Assembly (NCBI GenBank): GCA_964658805.1
Contig: CAZZZU010000003.1
Location: 5,482-69,481, forward strand
Length of the DNA: 64,000 nt
Source of the DNA: an uncultured Steroidobacteraceae bacterium
GTDB taxonomy: Bacteria > Pseudomonadota > Gammaproteobacteria > Steroidobacterales > Steroidobacteraceae
Direction: 5' to 3'
The first letter of the stretch is position 1, and each line of letters opens with the position of its first letter. The notes below the pieces were generated by a model. That model did not search any database. It was not told the DNA's origin and saw only the letters and a program-made list of their open reading frames with translations. Positions 40,173 through 49,620 of this stretch are shown piece after piece. A program made the position numbers and the translations under genes.

Positions 40173-42440
40173 TCAATCCGGCGCGTGTCGCGTACGCGGT
40201 GTCGTTATACGCTCGCCGGGATACCAGTTCCAGCGTCCGGCGAGTGCCATCGCCGCCGGTACGACGAAAGCGCGAATCACGGTGCAGTCGACCAGCACCG
40301 AGACGCACAAGCCGACGCCCATCATTTTGAGCACAGGCAGATCGGCTCCCACGAAAGCCCCAAAAACCACACCCATGATCAGACCTGCGCCGGTGATGAC
40401 CGGCGCCACAGCAGCAAGACCATCCACGGTCGCGCGATCGTTATTTCCATCCCGTGCGAACTCACGCTGGATTCGAAACAGCAGAAACAACTCGTAGTCC
40501 ATCGACAGGCCGAAGCTGAGACAGAACACCATCATCGGCACTTCCAATGGGACTGCCGTGAACGGCCGTTCGAGTCCGACCAAACCGTTCAGCCAGCCGA
40601 GCTGAAATACGGCAATCACCGCCCCGATGCCCGCCGCCACGGCCAGCAAATTGGTGATGACGGCCTTGATAGGCAACAAGAATGAGCGAAAGGCGATGAA
40701 CAAAAATACCAGCGTGGCGCAGACCACGAAGGCGAAGATGCGCGGCAGGCTCTTGAACATATAATCATTGAAGTCGTTGTGTTCAGCCGGACTGCCGCCC
40801 AGCATGAGCGTGAAAGGACCTTTCGGCACGATGCTCCCAAGGTCCCGCGTGAGCCGCTCGATCTCCTTGACTGCCAGACCGTTGGCGGGCGTTATCTGAA
40901 ATAGCGCCGAGTGATGATCCTTGCTGATGTACAACTCGCCGATCAACGGATTGCTTTTCATTGCCTGATCGAAATTTTGGTACATCGCCGTGTACTGAGA
41001 CACAGTCACGCCGTCGCGCAGATTGACCGGCGAGGCTACGCTCGTGATGCGGTGATCCGACTGCAATGCGCCGGCATAGTCAATCAGAGACGGCACGTGG
41101 GCGGGATCGAGGATGTTGCTGCCGTCCGTGGTGGTTACGATGGCATAGATGGGAATGGACGCGTTGTCGCTGCGAGCAGCGGTCAGGATCTCGGCCCCTC
41201 GGCGCGCCTCAGTGGTCTTGGGCAGGAACCAGCGCTCGTTGGTGACGCCGCTGTGCGCTTGCAGTAACGGTGCAGCGAGCGCGAGCACGCTGCCTGCCGA
41301 GACCAGCAGCGTCAACAGCGGGTGGCGGACGATCCAGGTGCCCATGCGACGCCACATCGCAGTAGCATCAAATTTGCGCCAACGGCGCGGCAGTACCGGC
41401 CATCTGTCCAGGTAGGGACTCAACAGAACGAGGCTTGCAGGCAACAAGGTGAGCGCGGCGAGGACCGAGACGCAGACCACCAGAGCGCCACCGATGCCCG
41501 CACAGCGTGTTTCGAGAATAGGTGAAAACAGCAGCCCTAAGAATCCGACCATCACTGTCATACCCGACCACGTGATGGTCTGTCCGGCGAGCGCTACCGT
41601 ACCGGCGACCGTCTCGGCGACGGTGGTGCGTGGCGAGTGCTCGCGATAATGCGTGACCATGAGCAAGGAGTAGTCGATCCCGAGTGCGAGTCCGACCATG
41701 GTGACAACGTTGCTTAGGAGATTCGACACTGGCACCAGCACGGCCAGGATATAAGCCAGGCCAAGCGCCACGGTCGTCGTTGCAAGCCCCATCAGAAATG
41801 GCAGGCAGCCCGCCACAAAGGTGCCAAACGCCAGCATCAGGATGATCAGCGTCAGGGGCAGGGCGCGCTTTTCCGCGTGGTCGCCACCTGATGCGCTGAA
41901 CGCATTGACGTCGTAGTCGGCGGCTGGACCACCGGTGACCGCGATTCTGGCGGCAGCGTCCAAATCAACCAGGTCAGCACGTAATGGCGCCATCTGCTCG
42001 CGTATGACGACGACGGCCTTTTGTTGCGATTCGGCATCCGTCGCCGCCAGCCCTACGATGAGCATGGTGGTATGACCGTCTGCGGAGCGCATGTGCGCAT
42101 CTTTCGAGTCCGCATAGCTCGTCACTTTGCGTACTTCATGCAAAGCGCTGAGTTTGGCCTGCGTTTGCGCAATCCAGGCAAGATACGGAGCCGCGTCCAC
42201 CGATTGGGCCGGCGAGACGACGGCGATGACGAGCGGATCGATGTACGGATTGTTGAATTCCGTGCGCAGTATCCTGGCTGCTAGCCAGGAAGGGCTGCCG
42301 TCGATGCCACCGGCGCCGCCCACCGTCACGGTCGGAAATTGATGTTCTCCGACCGCACCGACTGCAATCGCCACGATCCAGAGGGCCACTACGACCCAGG
42401 GATGCGAGGCTACCAATCGGCCTAGCTTATGAAAATTCAA
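40173..42440 (-). CDS. MMPL-family (RND superfamily) lipid transporter
   Basis: 755 aa with two 6-TM bundles and two periplasmic domains. MMPL-type motifs ALGIDYSLLMV and GLSMDYELFLL. Apparent TTG start. Divergent from the phosphonate operon (41-nt spacer). Confidence 0.85.
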   Translation of the reverse strand: MNFHKLGRLVASHPWVVVALWIVAIAVGAVGEHQFPTVTVGGAGGIDGSPSWLAARILRTEFNNPYIDPLVIAVVSPAQSVDAAPYLAWIAQTQAKLSALHEVRKVTSYADSKDAHMRSADGHTTMLIVGLAATDAESQQKAVVVIREQMAPLRADLVDLDAAARIAVTGGPAADYDVNAFSASGGDHAEKRALPLTLIILMLAFGTFVAGCLPFLMGLATTTVALGLAYILAVLVPVSNLLSNVVTMVGLALGIDYSLLMVTHYREHSPRTTVAETVAGTVALAGQTITWSGMTVMVGFLGLLFSPILETRCAGIGGALVVCVSVLAALTLLPASLVLLSPYLDRWPVLPRRWRKFDATAMWRRMGTWIVRHPLLTLLVSAGSVLALAAPLLQAHSGVTNERWFLPKTTEARRGAEILTAARSDNASIPIYAIVTTTDGSNILDPAHVPSLIDYAGALQSDHRITSVASPVNLRDGVTVSQYTAMYQNFDQAMKSNPLIGELYISKDHHSALFQITPANGLAVKEIERLTRDLGSIVPKGPFTLMLGGSPAEHNDFNDYMFKSLPRIFAFVVCATLVFLFIAFRSFLLPIKAVITNLLAVAAGIGAVIAVFQLGWLNGLVGLERPFTAVPLEVPMMVFCLSFGLSMDYELFLLFRIQREFARDGNNDRATVDGLAAVAPVITGAGLIMGVVFGAFVGADLPVLKMMGVGLCVSVLVDCTVIRAFVVPAAMALAGRWNWYPGERITTPRTRHAPD

Positions 42441-42481
42441 TGCATTTCACTTTGATGACGCGCCAAGAACAGGCGTAAAAT

Positions 42482-43165
42482 GTGATGATACGCGATTGGT
42501 CCCGGCACGCCTTCATGCTCAATCTGAAACACCATCGTCCCTGGGATGCGCGTTTGGCGCGCTGGCTGGTTACGCCGCTCAGGGATACCCGTATCACGCC
42601 GAATCATTTGACTACGGCGCGTCTGTTCGTGGGTGTGGCGTCTGCCGCCGCCTTCGTACCCGGCACGTATGGATGGTCAAACCTGGCAGGGTTGCTGCTG
42701 GTGATATCCAATTTTCTCGATCACACCGACGGCGAACTTGCGCGTATCAGCGGCAAAGGCAGCCGGCTCGGTCACTATTATGATTTGGTCAGCGACGCCG
42801 TGGTCACCATCCTTCTGTTTGCCGCCATAGGCATGGGAGTTGGGGTGCGCTCGGACGCGGCATGGATGTTCAACCCGGTGTTATGGGGCGCATTGGCCGG
42901 CGCTTCCATTGCGCTGATTTTTTTCCTGCGCATGCGGATCGAGGCGGTACTCGGCAAGTCCGCTACTCGGCAGGCCTCTTTTAGCGGCTTTGAAACGGAG
43001 GACGTGCTGTATCTGCTGCCATTGGCCACCTTGTTCAACGGCCTGTCTGCATTGTTGATTGCGGCCGCGTTGTGCGCGCCATTGTTCGCGGTGTGGGTCG
43101 CCATAGACTACCGCCGCGTGATGGTGCGGCGCGATGAGTCTGTGCGTCCTGAGGTTTGGGGGTAA
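42482..43165 (+). CDS. CDP-alcohol phosphatidyltransferase-family enzyme
   Basis: Full signature D-x2-DG-x2-AR-x8-G-x3-D-x3-D (DHTDGELARISGKGSRLGHYYDLVSD). Multi-TM, 227 aa. Alternative starts at ATG 42485 and 42515. Confidence 0.85.
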   Translation: MMIRDWSRHAFMLNLKHHRPWDARLARWLVTPLRDTRITPNHLTTARLFVGVASAAAFVPGTYGWSNLAGLLLVISNFLDHTDGELARISGKGSRLGHYYDLVSDAVVTILLFAAIGMGVGVRSDAAWMFNPVLWGALAGASIALIFFLRMRIEAVLGKSATRQASFSGFETEDVLYLLPLATLFNGLSALLIAAALCAPLFAVWVAIDYRRVMVRRDESVRPEVWG

Positions 43166-43933
43166 GTGTCGGCGCGGCTTGCCGGCGGGCAAGTGCCCGT
43201 CGTGGCACCTTCGCGTTCGATGCCATTGACGCAAAGCTTGGCAACGCTCGACCCGCCTTCCTTGCGCCGGGAGTTTCAGCGTCAAGGGGCATTTCTCAGC
43301 CTGAGGCATTTCCTCCCCGTCGAGCTCACCGCCCAACTGGTCGCGGCTGTTGCGGCGGTGGAAGATGCCGTCAACCGGAATTATTTACCCGGCCATAAGC
43401 AGGGCGGCAGTGTCAGCCGTCATAGCATCGATGCACGGGCACCGGCCATCGCGGAGTTGTACCGCGCTCCCGCGCTGCTCGAATTCTTGAGCGCCGTGGC
43501 GGGCGAGCCGCTTTTCGTGTCGCCGCCAGACGATCCGCATGCCTATGCGCTGTATTTTTATACCCGTCCGGGCGATCACATCGGCTGGCACTACGACACC
43601 TCGTATTATCAGGGACGGCGCTACACGCTGCTGCTCGGTCTGATCGACCAATCCTCATGTCGGCTGGAGTACGAACTCCATACCCGCAGTCCCGGTGTTG
43701 CGCCGGTTGCGGGTTCAGTGGCAATCCCTTCCGGCGGGCTGGTGTTTTTTGACGGAGATTCACTACGACATCGTGTCACCCCCTTGGGTGAAAACGAAAA
43801 GCGCGTCTCGCTGACGTTCGAATATGTCACCAACCCGCGCATGCATGCCGGGTGGCGTCTCATTTCCAACATGAAGGACGCGGTGGCCTACTTCGGCTTT
43901 CGTCAAACGTTCAAGCGCTTGTTGAGGCGATGA
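43166..43933 (+). CDS. 2OG-Fe(II) oxygenase (prolyl-hydroxylase-like fold)
   Basis: HxD (GWHYDTS) and distal His plus basic residue (LRHRVTPLGENEKRVSL). GTG directly follows the upstream TAA; alternative ATG 43220. Confidence 0.72.
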   Translation: MSARLAGGQVPVVAPSRSMPLTQSLATLDPPSLRREFQRQGAFLSLRHFLPVELTAQLVAAVAAVEDAVNRNYLPGHKQGGSVSRHSIDARAPAIAELYRAPALLEFLSAVAGEPLFVSPPDDPHAYALYFYTRPGDHIGWHYDTSYYQGRRYTLLLGLIDQSSCRLEYELHTRSPGVAPVAGSVAIPSGGLVFFDGDSLRHRVTPLGENEKRVSLTFEYVTNPRMHAGWRLISNMKDAVAYFGFRQTFKRLLRR

Positions 43934-44916
43934 CCCGCACGGCGACGTGGCTCCTGAGCATCGGGCTGCTGCTCTTCATCGTCGTGATCGCCTCGCAGGG
44001 CCTGCCGGCAGTGCTGTCGACTTTGTCGCGCGCCGGCTGGGGACTGATTCTGGTGGCGCTCTTTCACTTGCTGCCATTGGTCATCGACGCGATCGCTATC
44101 TGGGTGCTGTTTCAGCCGCGGCTGCCAGGTGCTTTGCGAGACGCAGTGCTAACCCGCTGGGTGGGCGAATCTGCCAACAGCCTGATGCCCGGTGGCCAGC
44201 TCGGCGGCCCGGTGTTGATGGCGCGTCGCCTCGCGCAAAACGGCATGGCGTTGGAGAGCGCCGCTGCGGCCATTACGATCAGCACCACCATGCAGACCTT
44301 TGCTCAGATCGTTTTCGCGCTCATCGGTGTCGTTCTCCTGGGTGAACACACCGGGTTTTTGTCCGAGCAGGCATTACGTACAACGGCACTGGTCGCGAGC
44401 GCGTTCCTGGGAGTACAGGTGGTCGGTTTTTATCTGTTCCAGCGCCGCGGCATGTTCGGCAAGGCCACACGTGCCTTGACGCGCTTTTCACGCCGGCGCG
44501 ATTGGACCGACATCGTGAGCCGTGCCGAAGCCATTGATCAGGCCGTGCAGAATACTTACAAGCGGCCCGGCAGCGTTGGCTTGAGCTTTGGCTTGAACCT
44601 GGTCGGGTGGCTCGTCGGCGTGGGCGAGGTTTACCTGATCGCGCAGCTGCTCGGCACCCCGGTGAGCTGGGGCGATGCCGTGTTGCTCGAGAGTCTGGGG
44701 CAGGCAATTCGTGGCGCCGCGTTCCTGATTCCAGGTGCGTTGGGTGTGCAGGAAGGCGGCTACCTGCTGCTCGCACCCCTCGCCGGTCTGCCCCGGGACG
44801 CAGCGCTGGCATTGTCCCTCGCAAAACGTGCGCGCGAACTATTGCTCGGCGTACCGGGACTCATCTACCTGCATCTGGTGTCGCGCGGTAAGATTCGCAC
44901 GCTCTTAAAAACCTGA
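43930..44916 (+). CDS. lysylphosphatidylglycerol-synthase-TM-like (MprF flippase-type / UPF0104) membrane protein
   Basis: Starts at MTRTATWLLSIGLLLFIVV (ATGA overlap). About 8 TM. Conserved IPGALGVQEGGYLLL motif of the family. Confidence 0.75.
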   Translation: MTRTATWLLSIGLLLFIVVIASQGLPAVLSTLSRAGWGLILVALFHLLPLVIDAIAIWVLFQPRLPGALRDAVLTRWVGESANSLMPGGQLGGPVLMARRLAQNGMALESAAAAITISTTMQTFAQIVFALIGVVLLGEHTGFLSEQALRTTALVASAFLGVQVVGFYLFQRRGMFGKATRALTRFSRRRDWTDIVSRAEAIDQAVQNTYKRPGSVGLSFGLNLVGWLVGVGEVYLIAQLLGTPVSWGDAVLLESLGQAIRGAAFLIPGALGVQEGGYLLLAPLAGLPRDAALALSLAKRARELLLGVPGLIYLHLVSRGKIRTLLKT

Positions 44917-44919
44917 GGG

Positions 44920-45681
44920 ATGCGGATGCGGGCGATTATTTTAGCCGCGGGGCGCGGTACGCGCCTCAATCAAGCGGAGCATGAGCATATTCCGAAATGC
45001 CTGCTGCGGTTCGGCGGTATGACCCTGCTGGAGCGGCACCTGCGGTTACTGCGACAGTCGGGAGTTGAGGAGGTCGTATTGGCACTGGGTTTTCGGCATG
45101 ACCTGATTGCCGCGGAACTCGATCGACTGCGGTGGTCACCGCGGCCGCAGATCGTCATCAATGAGCGCTTCGAACTGGGCAGCGTACTCACGGCGCATGT
45201 CGCTGCGGAAGCGATGTGTCGCGGCGGTGACGTTTTGTTGATGGACGCGGATGTGCTCTACGACTCCCGTATCGCGCACGCCTTGACTGCCGGCACGCAC
45301 GCGGTGAATCGCATCCTGATCGACCGCGAGTTCGAGGCCGGCGATGAGCCGGTCAAAGTGTGCGTGCGCGAGGGTGTACCCGTCGAACTGCGCAAGCGCG
45401 TGGAGGCCGACCTACAATTCGACACCATCGGAGAATCCATAGGATTTTTTCGCCTGGATGAAGCGGGCGCCCGACGCCTGGCCACCCTGGTTGCGGCTTA
45501 TGTCCACACTGACAAGGCCGACATGCCGCATGAGGAAGCCGTGCGCGATTTCGTGCGCGAACGGCTTCATGTCGTCGAAGTGACTGACGTGACCGGTGCA
45601 CCCTGGATCGAGATAGATTTTCCGGTCGACGTGGCTCGTGCAGCGAGTCAAGTGCTGCCGCGCCTGCAAACCTTGGAGTAA
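44920..45681 (+). CDS. nucleotidyltransferase (LicC / sugar-phosphate NTase-like)
   Basis: N-terminal [12 protein letters not shown] nucleotide-binding signature; 253 aa. Lies 3 nt after the upstream stop, with a GAGGG Shine-Dalgarno. Confidence 0.8.
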   Translation: MRMRAIILAAGRGTRLNQAEHEHIPKCLLRFGGMTLLERHLRLLRQSGVEEVVLALGFRHDLIAAELDRLRWSPRPQIVINERFELGSVLTAHVAAEAMCRGGDVLLMDADVLYDSRIAHALTAGTHAVNRILIDREFEAGDEPVKVCVREGVPVELRKRVEADLQFDTIGESIGFFRLDEAGARRLATLVAAYVHTDKADMPHEEAVRDFVRERLHVVEVTDVTGAPWIEIDFPVDVARAASQVLPRLQTLE

Positions 45682-45683
45682 AC

Positions 45684-47393
45684 ATGAACGCAACGGTCCA
45701 ATCCGCCTCAGCCTCTGATCCGGCACGCAGCACCGTTGCCCCGCGGCCGAGCCGTACCACTCAGCTGCGCCAAATGCTCGCAAGCCCGCAGCTCGAGTTC
45801 CTGATGGAGGCGCATAACGGCCTGTCGGCGCGCATCGTGCGCGAAGCGGGCTTCAAGGGCGTCTGGGCGTCGGGCCTGTCCATTTCTGCGCAGTTCGGCG
45901 TACGCGACAACAATGAAGCAAGTTGGACCCAGGTCGTGGATAACCTCGAGTTCATGGCGGATGCGAGCGATCTGCCCATCCTGCTCGATGGCGACACCGG
46001 CTACGGCAACTTCAATAATATGCGCCGTCTGGTGCGCAAGCTCGAACAGCGCGGCATTGCCGGGGTCTGCATCGAGGACAAGCAGTTCCCGAAGACCAAT
46101 AGCTTCTTGAACAGTGAGCGGCAGCCGCTTGCCGACATGGAGGAATTCTGCGGCAAGATTGCCGCCGGCAAGGACACGCAGCGTGACCCGGATTTTTGCA
46201 TCGTGGCGCGCGTTGAAGCACTGATTGCCGGATGGGGGATGGAGGAGGCGCTGCGCCGCGCCGAGGCTTACCGACTGGCGGGCGCCGACGGCATTCTGAT
46301 CCACAGCAAACTGTCCAAACCGGACGAGATCGTCGCGTTCGCGCGCGCGTGGGCACGCCGTTCGCCGCTTCTCATCGTGCCCACCAAGTACTACAGCACG
46401 CCGACCGAAGTATTTCGCCAGGCCGGCATCAGTACGGTCATCTGGGCCAATCATCTGGTGCGAGCTGCGGTGTCGGCCATGCAAAGCGTTGCCAAAGAGA
46501 TTCACGCGAGCGAAACCCTGGTGAACGTCGAGGACCGGGTTGCAGCGGTGAACGAGATCTTTCGTCTGCAGGATGCGGACGAATACACGGCTGCCGAAAA
46601 GCAGTACCTGTCGGCTTCGGGAGTGTCGCGTGCGGCAGTGGTGCTGGCGGCGAGCCGCGGCAAAGGGCTCGACGCCATCACGCAGGATAAGCCGAAGGTC
46701 ATGCTGCCGATCGCGGGCAAGCCGCTATTGCGCTGGCTGATCGACAGTTTCAAGAAAGAAAACATCAACGACATCACCGTCGTCGGCGGATATCGGGTTG
46801 ATGCCATCGACCCTGCCGGCATCAAGCTGGTGGTGAACGAGCGCTATGCCGAAAGCGGCGAACTGGAATCGCTCGCATGTGCGATGGACGCGCTCGATGC
46901 CCAAACGGTGATCTCGTACGGTGACATCTTGTTTCGCAGCTATGTATTGCGCGATCTGGCAGAGACCGGCGCGGATTTTGCGGTGGTGGTGGACTCGCAG
47001 CTAGCCGGTGCCGGCCATCACACGGTGCGCGATTTCGCGTACTGCTCGCGTGACGACGACCGCGGCCTGTTCGGCAAAAAGGTTTTGTTGGAGCGCATCA
47101 CGACAGCAGCCACTCGCGATACGGTCGGTACGGTCGCGGCGCAGGGCCGCTGGATCGGGCTGTTGAGCGTCAGCCGAGTGGGCCTCCAGCAACTCAAAAC
47201 CAAGCTCGTACGGATGCGCATGCAAGCCGACTTCGACCAGCTCGACGTGCCGGCACTGCTCAATGCGCTGATTGCGGATGGCGCGGCCATCGAGGTGCAG
47301 TACGTGCACGGGCACTGGCGCGGCGTCAATGATCTCGAAGACTTGCGGCGTGCGGTCGACTTTGCGCACACGCAAACGCCCTTAGGTACCTGA
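45684..47393 (+). CDS. aepX: phosphoenolpyruvate mutase fused to a C-terminal nucleotidyltransferase (PntC-type) domain
   Basis: N-terminal ~300 aa: [47 protein letters not shown]...[22 protein letters not shown]...[11 protein letters not shown] (PEP mutase hallmarks). C-terminal ~250 aa: [11 protein letters not shown]...[14 protein letters not shown] (NTase). Confidence 0.92.
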   Translation: MNATVQSASASDPARSTVAPRPSRTTQLRQMLASPQLEFLMEAHNGLSARIVREAGFKGVWASGLSISAQFGVRDNNEASWTQVVDNLEFMADASDLPILLDGDTGYGNFNNMRRLVRKLEQRGIAGVCIEDKQFPKTNSFLNSERQPLADMEEFCGKIAAGKDTQRDPDFCIVARVEALIAGWGMEEALRRAEAYRLAGADGILIHSKLSKPDEIVAFARAWARRSPLLIVPTKYYSTPTEVFRQAGISTVIWANHLVRAAVSAMQSVAKEIHASETLVNVEDRVAAVNEIFRLQDADEYTAAEKQYLSASGVSRAAVVLAASRGKGLDAITQDKPKVMLPIAGKPLLRWLIDSFKKENINDITVVGGYRVDAIDPAGIKLVVNERYAESGELESLACAMDALDAQTVISYGDILFRSYVLRDLAETGADFAVVVDSQLAGAGHHTVRDFAYCSRDDDRGLFGKKVLLERITTAATRDTVGTVAAQGRWIGLLSVSRVGLQQLKTKLVRMRMQADFDQLDVPALLNALIADGAAIEVQYVHGHWRGVNDLEDLRRAVDFAHTQTPLGT

Positions 47394-48550
47394 TGATAGC
47401 GGCGCGCGATTTTGTCGATGCGGCACGACTGCGCGGATTCGAATGGTATGCGGGCGTGCCGTGCTCATTCCTGACACCCTTCATCAACTATGTTTTGCAG
47501 GATGACAGCCTGGAGTATGTCTCCATGGCGAACGAGGGCGATGCCGTCGCGCTGATCGCGGGGGTGACGTTGTCAGGCCGTCGCGGCATCGCCATGATGC
47601 AGAATTCGGGTCTCGGCAATGCGGTCAGTCCACTGACTTCTTTGACCTGGACTTTTCGCCTGCCGCAACTCCTGATCGTCACCTGGCGCGGTCAGCCGGG
47701 CATCACCGATGAGCCGCAACACGCATTGATGGGTCCGATCACGCTCAAGATGCTCGACGCCATGGAGATACCGTGGGAGCTGTTCCCAACCGACGCCGCT
47801 GCCATCGGGCCTGCGCTCGATCGCGCTGTCGCATACATGCAGGCGCACGGCCGGCCGTACGCCTTGGTGATGCAAAAGGGGAGTGTGGCGCCGTATGAGT
47901 TGGCGGCGGGAGCCGATGCGATTGCGGCGCCAGCCGCACGCCCGGTGCCGCAACGCCGGCCGCCTCGCACCGCGGAACCGAATGACTCGCGCCATGAAGC
48001 CCTGCGCGAGGTGGTGGCACATACACAGTCGGGCGATGTGGCGGTCCTGGCGACCACCGGCTTCACGGGCCGCGAGCTGTACGCAGTGACGGATCGTGCC
48101 AATCAACTTTACATGGTGGGTTCCATGGGGTGCGTCGCGCCCCTGGCCCTGGGCCTCGCGTTGGCGCGCCCGGATCTGAAAGTAGTGGCGATTGACGGCG
48201 ACGGCGCGGCGTTGATGCGCCTGGGCGCAGTTGCAACGGTGGGTGCCTATGCGCCGCCGAATTTATGGCACTTGCTGCTCGATAACGCCGCGCACGATTC
48301 CACCGGCGGTCAGGCGACAGTATCCCCCTGCGTCGATTTTGCCGCGATCGCTGCGGCCTGCCACTACGCGTCCGCCACGGATAGCGAGGCCGCTTCGGAC
48401 ATCGGCGCATGGCTCGGCACGCGCAAGTCCGGACCGCATTTCCTGCGGGTCAGGATCCGGCCGGGCGCCGCGCCCGATTTACCACGCCCCGCGGTAACGC
48501 CAATGCAGGTCGCGGAGCGGTTCATGCGACAGATCGGCGCACGACACTGA
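47393..48550 (+). CDS. aepY: phosphonopyruvate decarboxylase (TPP-dependent)
   Basis: 385 aa. N-terminus FEWYAGVPCSFLTPF is typical of Ppd. TPP-binding region GSMGCVAPLALGLA...IDGDGAALM. Start shares 1 nt with the aepX stop. Confidence 0.9.
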   Translation: MIAARDFVDAARLRGFEWYAGVPCSFLTPFINYVLQDDSLEYVSMANEGDAVALIAGVTLSGRRGIAMMQNSGLGNAVSPLTSLTWTFRLPQLLIVTWRGQPGITDEPQHALMGPITLKMLDAMEIPWELFPTDAAAIGPALDRAVAYMQAHGRPYALVMQKGSVAPYELAAGADAIAAPAARPVPQRRPPRTAEPNDSRHEALREVVAHTQSGDVAVLATTGFTGRELYAVTDRANQLYMVGSMGCVAPLALGLALARPDLKVVAIDGDGAALMRLGAVATVGAYAPPNLWHLLLDNAAHDSTGGQATVSPCVDFAAIAAACHYASATDSEAASDIGAWLGTRKSGPHFLRVRIRPGAAPDLPRPAVTPMQVAERFMRQIGARH

Positions 48551-49620
48551 TGCTGCTGCTCAACCCGGGACCCGTGACGCTGTCAGAGCGCGTGCGCCGC
48601 AGTCTGCTCAATCCCGATCTGTGTCATCGCGAGAGCGAGTTCTTCGACTTGCAAACGGAAGCGCGGAGCCGCTTGCTCGAGGTTTACGAGCTGGACCCGG
48701 CGCGCTGGAGCGCCGTGCTCATGACGGCCTCGGGCACGGGCGCTGTGGAGAGCATGGTGGCATCGGTCGTGCCGCGCGACGGGCGCCTGCTCATCGTCGA
48801 GAATGGCGTGTATGGCGAGCGCATCGCACAGATGGCGCAGCAGTACGGCATTCGCCATCAACGTATGCAGGGCGAGTGGTTGCGGGCGGTGGACTTTGAC
48901 GCGCTGGCGCAGCAGCTGGCGGCCGCTGTGCAAGATCGCTTTACGCATGTGGCCGTGGTCCATCATGAAACGACGACGGGACGGTTGAACGATCTGCGGG
49001 AAATGCGCCGTGTCTGTTGCTCGCATGGCGCCAAGTTGCTGGTCGACGCGGTCAGCAGTTTCGGTGCGGAGACGATCGAATTCGATGCAACGCTCGCGGC
49101 CGTTGCGGGCACCGCCAACAAGTGCCTGCATGGCGTGCCGGGTGCTGCTTTCGTGGTGGTCAATCGTGATGCTCTCGAAACGACGGCGAGCCGAACCTAC
49201 TATCTGGACCTCTTGCGTCTGGCGCAGGCTCAGGATCAGCGCAACACGCCGTTCACGCCGTCGGTGCATGCTTACTATGCGCTGGTTGAAGCGTTACGCG
49301 AGTACGCGGATGAAGGCGGCCTGAGCGTGCGCCATCGGCACTACGCGGATCTGGCTGAGCAGGCCAGAGCCGGTCTTGCGGGACTCGGGATTGGCGCAGT
49401 GCTGGCGCCGGCGCAGTCCTCGGTGGTTCTGCGGGCGTACGCGTTACCGGCCAACTTGAGCTATTCGCAGTTACACGATGCGTTGAAAGCAGAGGGCTTT
49501 GTTATCTACGCAGGTCAGGGGCCTTTGTCGAAGACGTTGTTCCGGATCTCCACCATGGGTGCGTTGACGCGCGCTGACATCGACCGCTTGTTGAAATGTT
49601 TCGCCCGGTTGATGCGGTGA
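48550..49620 (+). CDS. aepZ: 2-aminoethylphosphonate:pyruvate aminotransferase
   Basis: Starts at MLLLNPGPVTLSERV. Class V aminotransferase with a PLP-Lys context (GTANKCLHGVPG). Start shares 1 nt with the aepY stop. Confidence 0.88.
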   Translation: MLLLNPGPVTLSERVRRSLLNPDLCHRESEFFDLQTEARSRLLEVYELDPARWSAVLMTASGTGAVESMVASVVPRDGRLLIVENGVYGERIAQMAQQYGIRHQRMQGEWLRAVDFDALAQQLAAAVQDRFTHVAVVHHETTTGRLNDLREMRRVCCSHGAKLLVDAVSSFGAETIEFDATLAAVAGTANKCLHGVPGAAFVVVNRDALETTASRTYYLDLLRLAQAQDQRNTPFTPSVHAYYALVEALREYADEGGLSVRHRHYADLAEQARAGLAGLGIGAVLAPAQSSVVLRAYALPANLSYSQLHDALKAEGFVIYAGQGPLSKTLFRISTMGALTRADIDRLLKCFARLMR

